A DNA stretch of 40,342 nucleotides from Hydrurus foetidus. Lineage: Eukaryota. The notes below the pieces were generated by a model, which saw only the letters and a list, made by a program, of their open reading frames with translations, made no database searches and had not been told where the DNA came from. The translations under genes were made by a program, and so were the position numbers. Positions within the stretch are counted from its first letter, which is position 1. Every line of letters begins with the position of its first letter. Below are positions 25,514 to 36,149 of this stretch, piece by piece. Location: NCBI GenBank assembly GCA_900617105.1, contig UYFQ01000442.1, positions 1 through 40,342 of the forward strand, read 5' to 3'.

Positions 25514-26250
25514 CAGCAAGTATCGGCTGGTGTGCATAACATGAATCGCTCCGAATTCGGCAAGATACTTCAAGCAGAGCTTGTGGCTAAGCGCACGAAG
25601 GAAACAGGAGTTGCTGAGTGCTCTATTCCTCAAATATCTCGGCGAACCACAAACCGCAACATCAGGAAAATGGGACTAAAACTGGGATATGCAGAGCAGA
25701 CAACGGATGCAAGAGCGGTCGCTACTGCGAACAAGTACAACGCGGTTTCTGTTGCTGTTGCTCATCATCTAGTGATGCTGCTGACAAATCCTCACATAGT
25801 TATCAATGCCGACGGAACTTCCTATCAGACTGGTGGAGCCTTGACGGATAAAATTCAGGTTATCTACGACCCTGAGGAGCAGAAAGCTAGAGGGGGGCCG
25901 CTCAAAGTATTGCCTGTCAAAGGTTCTTGTTTGGCAGCTTACATCGTGAAATTCTATCTTTGCATGAATTCTACTGGGACTACTGCTCCCCCTATCTATA
26001 TCTGTGCAGATGACAACATGGTTGCTGGAAAAATCGATGTCCATCTGGTACCCGATCTTGGTATAGGTACGAAGGGCTGACGGTTATGTTGTTTTCGCGA
26101 AGACCAGGTCTGTCAATGAGGAGTTCTACCGATGGTGGTTCATGACAATCTATGTCAAGTTTATGATGGATTTGCGTATTCGTAACAACATAGAAGACTC
26201 GGTTTCTTCCTACTTCACTCTCGATGGGGAGGATACGCAGATCAAACCTC
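25514..26250 (+). pseudogene. pogo/Tc5-like (DDE_1) transposase fragment bounded by two LTR insertions
   Basis: VINADGT, MNSTGTTAPPIYI, then after a frameshift VNEEFYRWW...FTLDGE. Confidence 0.7.
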
Positions 26251-26493
26251 TGTGACCCGCACAGCTGTACGGCTGTACGGGTACCGGCGTACGTTCGGTT
26301 CGGTACCGGCGTACGTTCGGATGGTTCGGATCGAGGATGATCCGAGCCATCCGATTCATGACTTGCCTATCTCTGTGTTTATCTGTAAGCTAACCACATC
26401 TTTGAGCCAACAGCCCAAGCACCATAGCTGTCCTTCCTCTTGCACTCGCGTCCTGTTCCATCAGTCCACCGCTCAGCCCGTAATTAGGCCACA
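26251..26493 (+). repeat. 5' LTR of C
   Basis: TGTGACC...GGCCACA; homologous to 35394-35610; internal duplication of GGTACCGGCGTACGTTCGG. Confidence 0.9.
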
Positions 26494-26504
26494 ATACTAG
26501 TATT
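26493..26504 (+). promoter_or_regulatory. 12-bp palindrome at the PBS position of C
   Basis: AATACTAGTATT. Confidence 0.85.
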
Positions 26505-27019
26505 TGGACCAACTTAGTGTTCATTTTAGAGACCAGTTCCGAAACGCGCTCCAAAAACATCGCCACGACCCGTAAAACGGCGGGCGAACAAGCTAGTAAC
26601 TTGGAAACAAGTGAAAACAACGTCGAAAGACACTACAAAGGCTACGTCGAATCGATAGCCTCTGAAACGCTTTATTTAAAAAGCTCGAGTCGTCGATATT
26701 TTCGCGACAAATCGTTGACGACTTCAAAACTTGAAGCGTAACGCAGTAAGTAACTCTGAGACGAGCGAAAGCATGTCCCATCGTTACAGAAACGAAAGCT
26801 GGCCCAAACGCCCGCAGTCTCGTTCCTTGAAAGGCTCCAACGGCCTGGCCATCTTTCAAGCGATTTCCTACAAAATTGCGCGAAAGTAATCGGAGATTAC
26901 CACCTCAGTTGCAAGGATCCTACGATCCCACGACATCATAGCTACGGGTACATATCCCCAGCTCCATAGAGCGCCGCGTCCGAGTTCCGTCGCTGTCCAA
27001 GACCCCGAGATCCACACGT

Positions 27020-29056
27020 TTAAAGCTCAAGACAAATTGCCCAAATAAAGAAGAAAGCGGCTGCTAACGCAGGCGCCTCTGCTTCTTCGGCTCCAAGCGC
27101 TTCGCACAGTGCTCCTCTCACTGAGAAGGACAAGCACAAAGCAGAGCACGCCCTTGTAAAGCAGAACATCGGGAAATCGATACTGGCTCTGGCCAAAGAA
27201 GCAATCCATGTTTCGGCTACCCCAACTCGTATCGAAGACTCGGAGAAGTTTTTCAAAGGCGTCTTGACAGCAGCGAAAGAGATGCAAGCAGCTCATAAAA
27301 TAGAGCAAGTAGCAATAGCAGCTGCACAAGCTGCTGCCGACGCTTTAGAACCCTCAAACGACGAGCTACTCGGGACGCTGAGGACGCCGAGGGCGAGACA
27401 GATTCTCCCCTAGATACCCGCGGGTACTTACAAAAAGGGGGAGACAACTCGATACTTCATCCCCGATTGCGACAGATCTGTGTAGAGGACGACCTAGTCG
27501 TACCATCTGTCGACGCCGAAGTCAAAACAAATGAGGCAGCCGACAACGGCAAGGCCGAGGCCGAAGCCGAGTCAGAGCCGGAGGCTGACGCCGACGGTGA
27601 AGATAATGCCAACAACAACGGCGACGACAACCCCCCGACGAGTCGGCGACAGCGAGAATAACGTTGACGACGCTAACGACAGGGAAGGTGATGGTGGCAA
27701 CCGACAGCTCCTCCGACGAGTCCGACGCAAGTAGTAGCGACGGGGACGACGGAGAGGGTGACAGGGAGGATGACAGGGACGACGACAGCGACGACGATGA
27801 AGCGAAAGCTGAAGTCGAAGTCGAAGTCGACGAGGAAGTTGAACCCGAAAAGTCTAAGCCAAAAGAAAAGAAAGCACTGAAGATCAAGCCCCTCGCCAAG
27901 AAAAAGTCCCCAAAGGCGGGTCCTAAACCCGCCCCAAAGGACAAAAAGGTGAAAACTAAAGCCGATACTAAATCAGGCAAAACACATCACGCGCGCAAAA
28001 GGCGGGAGACTCGGAAGAGGATTCCCCCCCACAACGTAAAGCGGGTTTGCAAACCTCTATCATCAACATGAAGGAGGCGTACTACCTCACTCGAGAAAAA
28101 CTCCTCGACGACACTGATAAAGCAGCAAGAGCTTTCTACGAACAAGCATACCGCCCAGGTATGCTAACCAGTTGGGAAATGCTAATCGAAATGGATGCCA
28201 TCCAAACGATCCGCGACCAGTTGCTTCGTTGCAAAAGCGAAACAGGTTATAACACCAAGACTTGTCTCGCCTGGCCAACGGTCGACGGCAAAACGTTAAC
28301 GTTAAAGAAAATTGCAAATGATCTTAAAAAGATCTTCTACAAAAACAAACGTACGTCTTCCCATTTCGACTTCGAAATGAAGTTAAAAAACTGCAAATTC
28401 CGCATCAGCTGGAAAGATCTTTCTGTTGAAGACAGAGCTCTCTCTGAGTTCCGTGACATCCTTGTTGGATTCTGGACGTCATACGATGCTATCGATGCCG
28501 ACATGCAAAATGACATCTATAAGGCCTTCTACAAGAAGCTGCCAAAGAGCAATAAGTTTACAGACAATTTCATGGCAAAGACAAAAGTAAGACGAAAAAG
28601 ACCGGGAAGGATACCATCTTCAAAATGCTCACGCGTCTTGTCGTCATGCTGGGCGAAGCACGCCAGATGATCAAAGACGCGGAGGACATGGGAGGTCTCG
28701 ACTTCGTCTTCGAGTCGAAGCTCACGCCAACTGACCAAGACGACGCTGAGGTCGCGCCTCACCGTGACAACCACTCGGCTAACGCCTACAAGGCAATCTC
28801 AAAACGTCAGGTGGACCCTGAGTCGTCCGGCCTCAGCCGGGCGACCAACTTTTGTCACACATGTGGCAAAAAGGGACACAACCGTTACGAATGCCAAAAC
28901 CACATGAACCCTCACTGCAACCGTAACCAATCCACTTGGTCGCAGTCGGAGGAGGCAAAGGACTTCAAACGGATTGGTCACGATCACTTCGTACCAAATG
29001 TGTACATCAACGGGGAACTTACCCGGGAAACCAACAATCCCGGTACGGCTACCTAT
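27020..29056 (+). pseudogene. gag: Element C gag (multiple frameshifts)
   Basis: Acidic and K/P-rich N-terminus, NMKEAYY core, CHTCGKKGHNRYEC knuckle. Confidence 0.85.
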
Positions 29057-29326
29057 TGTAGCCTTATTGCATCTCTATGGGAATACAATGTGTCTAGGTT
29101 AACTAGGTACAATAGGTACAATACGCCCAGATTCCAGTTTTAGGTCTTAGTTCCACATGATGTGAGTGCTCTTAGTGTACACATCACCTGAACTATTCAA
29201 CTGTAAACTATAACCACAATCTTATCTCGCAACCAACTTCTTTCTCTTTCGTCCTTCGTCCTCTGTCCTCGCGCTTTCGTCCAACAAAACCTACGTCCTT
29301 CGTCCTAGGCCCCGACCAACGCCACA
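29057..29326 (+). repeat. 5' LTR of D
   Basis: TGTAG...CCACA; direct repeat of 34484-34753. Confidence 0.97.
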
Positions 29327-29337
29327 ATATCGATATT
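29326..29337 (+). promoter_or_regulatory. 12-bp palindrome at the PBS position of D
   Basis: AATATCGATATT; absent after the 3' LTR. Confidence 0.88.
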
Positions 29338-29426
29338 CGGCTATCGACCGAAGTTTTTCTGGAGAAATTCCTTTCTCGTTTGCAAGTTTTCGCGCCTACC
29401 ACTCCTACACACCAAACGCCAACATC

Positions 29427-32400
29427 ATGGCATTACGTCGCCAGGAGAAAAAAGTCAAGGCAACTAACGCACGCCGACGTGCTTTGCCTCGAGCTGTAGC
29501 TATTGCGGCGCGCCAACGTTTTTTGGAGCATACGCAACGACGTGGAGATATCGAGTCTCCTGGGCCACCAGCGGCTCAGGACCACGCCGGCGACCTGTCT
29601 GCACCGATTCCTCAGCGGAATTCGGAGCCTGCGGTCATGTCTGCCATTGATGTTCCTGTCATTTCTGCGTTGTCTGCTTTACCAGCTTCGGCTGTGATAC
29701 CAGCTTCGGCTGCGATACCAGATTCGTCTGCGACACCAGCTTCGGCTGAGAATCCTATTCCAAGGACGATGGCACCACCCCAGCAATATGTGCAGACGGG
29801 TGAGAGAGCTCCTAAGTTGAGCGCCGTGCCCTCTCGTCAGGAAGTAGTTCGGGTAATGGAAGTTCTCCTTTCAAATGGAACTCCATTTAAACCTATTGAT
29901 GTCGTCCATGCATCAAACCACCAATCGTTTACAACGCTTCTCAAGCGTAAATTCGCGACAGATCCTGATCGTCGTGATGCTTGTAACAATTGGAAGCATT
30001 GGACGAATCAATTGTTCTGTAGAGAACTAAACATCACAGTTCCTACATCAGCTGTCAATCGAACTGACAAGCTGAGTTTCATTGAAACTGTCTCTCAGGT
30101 CGCACTTCAATTCGACCTGAAGGATAAATCAGTGGAAGACAAGACAGATCAGCTTTTAGCTGATATTGTCGATGGATTCCCTGATGCAACACCCGCTCTC
30201 CAACTTCAGGCAACCAAAATTCTCATCGATAAGTTGCCAGTCGAACCTATCAATTGGAGAGCAGTGTTACAGCGTAGTCTTAACAATACAACGCCAAGAC
30301 TCATTACAATCGAAGACTTTCGATTCGTATGGCTTGCGCAGCTTGCTAAGCTACGAGAATCAATTGATGCCTTACGGTTCATTGATGTCTCTCCTTTATA
30401 TGGTGATCATTCTCGCCAAATTAAGGGCCCTCCTCGTTCCTCTCTCGATAAAATCAAAAAACGTCCACGAGAGGACGAGCAATCTGTGCAATCAGACAAA
30501 TCAGACAGACCTCTTTGCACAGGTTGTGGGAAACTCGGTCATCTAATCGCCACGTGTTTCTACACTTCGTCTCCCTACTTTAACAGTACAGACGCACCCT
30601 ACATCAACTCTGAGGGTCATAAGCAGTTGATGAAAGTTGATCCCAAAGCCAAGTTTATCCCAACTTCGCCTAGGCCTGCAACCTCTTCATCTTCTTCTTC
30701 TTCTTCGTCGTCATCTTCGACATCGAAATCTGCTAATTCAACAGCAGACGCGACACAAAACGCGAAGAAACACAAAGGTGAGCAACTTTGCAACCTCAAT
30801 TCATCATCTACTCTCTCCGATGACCCACAACTTATTCCATTCTTCATTGCTCCTCTTTCACAGGAGCTTATGCTGGAAAGAAGTGATAGAGTTTACACTC
30901 TTTTGGACACCGGATCGTTCGCCGGCAACTTTATTCATCGCCGTACCATACTAAAACATAATTTTACACAATTTGTTTCTAACTCACCAGAGAAATTATG
31001 TAAAGTTTGTAGTGGTTTAGATAATCATTGTTATGATATTTCTGACACTATAGATTTAACTCTTTCTTATTTTTGCCATGATTTAAATAATTATTATACT
31101 TTTCCAATCACGGCCTTTGTTTTAAACGATATGAAATTTGATCTAATAGTGGGACGAAAAACAATTCGTCAATTGAATTTGTTTTCACGATTCCCAGATC
31201 AAATATCTGCCAATGCTTCGTCAAGCACTATTCCGTTACCAGAAATATTATCTTCTGAGTATGTGGATATAACGTGTGGCTGTCAGCTTAAGGAGAAGTT
31301 GCAACCCTCCGACGGCTCCCCAAAAGTGGACCCTTTACCCCAAAAGGTGAAACCGGCAGTCACCCAAACACACGTTATTCTAGCATCGCTAATTCAAGAG
31401 TCAGATAGACTTTTTGGAGCAGTGCCTCCTGATGAAGATGAAATCGACGACTCGATCAAGGACTCGTTTTCACCTTGGATAGATGAATTCCCTGATACAG
31501 ACCCACTCTCGCTAATACATATAGCAGGTGATGAAATCAGAAAAATAAAATTCGATTACTAGTACACGAATTTCAGGATGTATTCAGCAGTGAACTTTCC
31601 CACACTCCTGCTGATATTCCACCATTTGACTTTAATGTCAATGATAGCCAATGGAAAGTCTCTAAAAATAGACAACCTCCATGGTCTAAATCAACAGTTG
31701 ATCAAGCTGATATTCTTAGTCAAATTACACAGCTTGAAAAACAAGGGATTGTTGAAAAATCAAACGCGGCTTATTATAGCCAAGTTTTACTGGTTCCAAA
31801 GTCTGATGGAACTAAGCGCATGTGTATAGATTTTCGGAATCTTAATAGTTGTACCGAAGAAAAATCACACCCTATTCCGCACATTGGTGAGATGTTGCGA
31901 CGAATAGGTGCACATAAAGCAAAAGTATTTGCTGTACTTGACCTTACTCAAGGATATCATCAAGCACCACTTACACTTGCTGCACGCGCTTACACTGCAT
32001 TCATACTTTTCTGCGGAGTATATCAATTTACTCGTTTACCCTTTGGGCCTAAACAAGCTCCCTCCTATTTCCAACAGATCATGTCAACTGTTGTGTTAGC
32101 AGGGTTGATATACTCTATATGCGAAATGTATATCGATGATTGCAATGTTTTCGGTAAAGACATTGACGAACTCATTTCTAGACTTCGTCTTGTTTTTGAA
32201 CGCTTTAGAAAACACAAAATATTCCTTAAACCGAATAAGTGTTATCTAGGCTATGCCGAAATAGACTATGTTGGCAAAGTTCTATCTGCTGATGGACTTA
32301 GAATGTCACAAGAAAAAATACGGAATGTCTTAGATTTTCCTAAACCAGTACTATCTAAACAACTCAAAAGTTTTTTAGGATTGGTTAATTATTTTCATGA

Positions 32401-34299
32401 CTTTGTTAGAAATGCTTCTACTGTTGTATATCCATTACATCAGTTGCTTCTTAACTACAATAAGTATAAGAAAATAACTTGGACAATAGAAGCTCTCAGA
32501 GCATTCAATTTGATCAAATCTGAGATTTCAAAATGCACGACTATGCACTTTTTAAGTGACACCGATCCGATATACTTGCACACTGATGCATCGGACTATG
32601 GTGTAGGTGCTTATCTTTTCCAGTTAGTTGACGGTCAAGAAACGCCCATAGCATTTGTCAGTAAATCACTTAACAAAGCTCAGCTTCGTTGGGCTGTTAT
32701 ACAGAAAGAAGCTTATGCTATCTTTTATTCGTGCACGTATTTAAAATCGCTATTACGTGATCGTACGTTTACTTTACGAACGGATCATCGTAACTTGTTA
32801 TACATTAAGGATAGTTCAAATCCAATGATTGTTCGGTGGTTTATGGCCTTATCCGAATATTCATTTAAAATTGAATATATACCTGGACCTAACAATGATA
32901 TAGCCGATTCGATGTCTAGACTCTGTCGCAATAACATGGTTGATTTCCCTCAGGAATATACTCCTGAAGCAATCATTACTGCTAATACTATTGAAAAATT
33001 CAAACTAACACGTGAGCAGTACAATACAATCAGTAAAGTACACAATTCACAAGTTGGTCATTTCGGTCTTGAGCGCACTTTAAAGCGTCTCATGGACAAA
33101 AAGATAGTCTGGCAATATATGCGTCAGCATGTCAGGTGGTTCATAGATCACTGTTCGTGTTGTCAGAAGATGAGTATGATCAAAATACCAATACATGCTC
33201 ATGGCTTCTCGACTTCTACTTACACACCTATGGAATGCCTTAACATAGACTTCATAGGACCGTTTCCAGACGGGGGTACGTACTCGTAATTATCGATACG
33301 TTCACAAGATGGGTTGAACTGTTTCATACAGAAGATGCTACGGCACTTTCAACAGCTAAATGCCTCTTGCAACACTTCGGTCGTTTCGGCGCACCTCTCC
33401 AACTCCGTTCTGATAATGGGCCACACTTCATTTCCGAAGTTATCAAAGAGTTTCTAACTCTTATCGGCACTCAACATTGTCTTACTTTAGCATATTCTAA
33501 AGAAGAAAATGCTATTGTTGAGCGCATGAATAAAGAAGTTAATAGACATCTTCGTGCATTAACATTCGATAATGTCACACTAGAAGATTATAAAACGTCA
33601 CTTCCATTTGTGCAAAGAATTTTAAATTCTAATCACAGTGATCGTTTAAAAATATCATCTTCTCAACTTCTTTTCGGAAATGTACTTAAACTCGATAGAG
33701 GTATCTTTTTACCTCCTGCTGAGCGAAATGTTACTGATGACAAACCTTTGTCTAAGCGTATGAGCAATCTACTCAAAACACAAGATAGTCTTCTTAAAGC
33801 GTCAGCTAAAGAACTTCTTCGCACAGATTTGCTTCATCAATCTCAGTCTCAAATCTCTCAGCATGTAGAGTATCCAAAAGACTCTTATGTCTTAGTGCAC
33901 TATCGCGATGGATCTCCTCCTTCACGTCTTCACACGCATTGGAGAGGTCCATTAAAAGTCGTTAGTGGCGAAAATTCGCGTTACACACTTTATGATCTAG
34001 TCACTCAGAAAACTTCAGAATTTCATGTTTCTGCCATGAAACCTTTTCTATTTGACCCATCAATCACAAATCCGTTGGATGTTGCACGACGTGATCACAT
34101 GGAATACTTTGTTGAAGATATTCTTGATCATCGTGGCAAACATCAACGTACCCACATAGAGTTTTTAGTCAAATGGTTAAATTACCCTTCTGACAAAAAC
34201 ACTTGGGAACCTTACTCAAGTCTTCGTGATGTTGATAAACTTCATGATTATTTACGTCAAAATAATATGACAAAATTAATCAATAAACAACACCGTTGA
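29427..34299 (+). CDS. Element D Gag-Pol (gag, PR, RT, RH, INT, chromodomain) with two 1-bp frameshifts (~31535, ~33275)
   Basis: CTGCGKLGHLIATC, LLDTGS, YIDD, TDASDYG, HHCC, RSDNGPHF, VERMNKEV, VKWLNY..NTWEP. Confidence 0.95.
30778..30863 (+). other. Predicted 86-nt gag/PR intron in D
   Basis: AAAG|GTGAG ... CTCTTTCACAG|GA; spliced product reads KHKGAYAGKK-stop (30884-30886). Confidence 0.7.
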
Positions 34300-34374
34300 T
34301 TTATTTCATTCTTAACTTTATTCATGAAGAATTTACCTCCTATTTTTTTTAACATTCGTTTTTTTTGGAGGAAT

Positions 34375-34399
34375 TTAGTCAGTAAGAGTCTGACATAAT
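34375..34399 (+). promoter_or_regulatory. Conserved 3' UTR stem-loop, element D
   Basis: TTAGTCAGTAAGAGTCTGACATAAT. Confidence 0.6.
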
Positions 34400-34463
34400 C
34401 GTTTTGATAAATCTTTCAACACTTGTACTTCTTTTGTTAATATACATATACTGTACATTCTTC

Positions 34464-34483
34464 AAAAAAGGAAGAAGGGGTAG
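34464..34483 (+). promoter_or_regulatory. Polypurine tract of D
   Basis: AAAAAAGGAAGAAGGGGTAG before the 3' LTR. Confidence 0.9.
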
Positions 34484-34753
34484 TGTAGCCTTATTCCATC
34501 TCTATGAGGATACATTGTGTCTAGGTTAACTAGGTACAATAGGTACAATACGCCCAGATTCCAGTTTTAGGTCTTAGTTCCACATGATGTGAGTGCTCTT
34601 AGTGTACACATCACCTGAACTATTCAACTGTAAACTATAACCACAATCTTATCTCGCAACCAACTTCTTTCTCTTTCGTCCTTCGTCCTCTGTCCTCGCG
34701 CTTTCGTCCAACAAAACCTACGTCCTTCGTCCTAGACCCCGACCAACGCCACA
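34484..34753 (+). repeat. 3' LTR of D
   Basis: Direct repeat of 29057-29326. Confidence 0.97.
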
Positions 34754-34953
34754 CTATGTATACCCGACTGACGACGTTGAGAACGATTTCTCCCCTCCAG
34801 GGAGAACCCAAGACGACCGTCCGACAAAGAAACAAAAGCTGGCCTACAACAACAACAACAAGTACAACAAGTACAAGAGCAACCGGACTCAACCCGATCG
34901 GGACAACGATCGTTCCAACACGAACAAGTTGAGCTCCAACTACGAGGGAAAAA

Positions 34954-35090
34954 GTAAGTCACAACTTGCTAACCCAATTACGGACTTAATCGAGTACGCT
35001 CGAGAACTACCATCAATGAAACAACTTCTATCAGCTGTATTAACTGAAAACATAGATGATTTCTTACAAGTTCACATATCTCTACCACAG
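34954..35090 (+). other. Predicted 137-nt gag/PR intron in C
   Basis: AAAA|GTAAGT ... TCTCTACCACAG|AT; the spliced frame stops at 35213-35215. Confidence 0.75.
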
Positions 35091-35393
35091 ATCCGATCCC
35101 CAACTTCAAACCAAGTCGCGACCAACCTGACGATCGCAGGGACAACTCACACAAGGAGGCGGACAGACAGAAGTCCACTTCTTCCTCCTCCTCCAACCAA
35201 TACGTGCCAAACTAGAGGCATGGCAGCCTTGGCCCAAATCGACACTGGATGTCAAGTCGGGGACGTCATAAACGGCAGAGTCCTTCGGGGCTCCGCGGCG
35301 AAACCCACTTGCGTAATTCCGACTCACCCACGTGGATGTGTTCTGGTTTCAATAATCCATGTGTAGAATCTACAAATGTGCTAGATATTGTTG

Positions 35394-35610
35394 TGTGACC
35401 TGAACACCCGTACGGGCTGTACGGGTACAGGCGTACGTCCGGTTCAGATCGAGGACGATCCGATCCACACGATTCATTGCCATGATATCTGTTGTGTTTA
35501 CCTGTAAGCTAACCACATAGCTATCATAGCACTAGCCCCACAGCATCCCCCCTTCGTCCACGCGCCCTCAGACCTCCGCTCCCGTTGCCCTGAGACCTAG
35601 CAAGGCCACA
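35394..35610 (+). repeat. 5' LTR of E
   Basis: TGTGACC...GGCCACA; homologous to the C LTR. Confidence 0.9.
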
Positions 35611-35621
35611 ATACCGGTATT
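35610..35621 (+). promoter_or_regulatory. 12-bp palindrome at the PBS position of E
   Basis: AATACCGGTATT. Confidence 0.85.
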
Positions 35622-36149
35622 TGGAACCAATTTGGATCTCCTTCAGAGACCAGTTTCCAAAATCAACAAAAAACCTTGCCGCGACCGTCAAACAGTAAAA
35701 GCGAGTAACTTTTTTAAGTGAAAACAACGTCTACAGACACTACAAAGGCTCTGTCAAATCGACAGCCTCCAGAACGCCCTCGTTTAGAAGTTCGTTCCGA
35801 CGACTTTTAACGACATCTCCTCGAGCTCTTCAGAAAACGAAGGCCGACAAAAGAGAGTAACTTGCAATCAAGTGAAACCAAACAAATCGTTTCTAAAACG
35901 AAAGCTACAACGTGCACGCCCAACTTCGTTGCCCACAAAGCCGTCCAACGCCCCCAACTTTCGACGCGATTTCCTCCCGAAATCGCACGAAAGTAACCCA
36001 ATCCCCCTGACTTCTACTGCCACACTCTTAACCTACCAGTCTCTATCCTCGACGAACCTACTCCTCATTTCCCTAAATCACCGCGTCCGAGTTCCGTCGC
36101 TGTCGAAGACGCTCAGTTCCATCCAAATAAGTCCCGACCAAAATTCAAG

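Larger units (their letters stand above)
29057..34753 (+). mobile_element. Full-length Gypsy chromovirus D (5697 bp), 270-bp LTRs, 4-bp TSD CTAT
   Basis: CTAT at 29053-29056 and 34754-34757; LTRs differ at about 5 positions by eye. Confidence 0.97.
26251..35393 (+). mobile_element. Gypsy element C (5' LTR, gag, start of protease), interrupted by D and E
   Basis: gag is homologous to E. PGTATY|VYPTDDVE rejoins across D. AQIDTG protease is cut at NVLDIV by the E LTR. Confidence 0.92.

Noticed and set aside
27522..27980. Antisense hydrophobic/Ser-rich ORFs, here and opposite other gag/pol regions
   Set aside because: Shadows of low-complexity sense-strand coding sequence.
31530..31562. Programmed frameshift before RT (B and D both break near the GDE motif)
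   Set aside because: E is in frame here, A retains the extra base, and there is no shared slippery heptamer.
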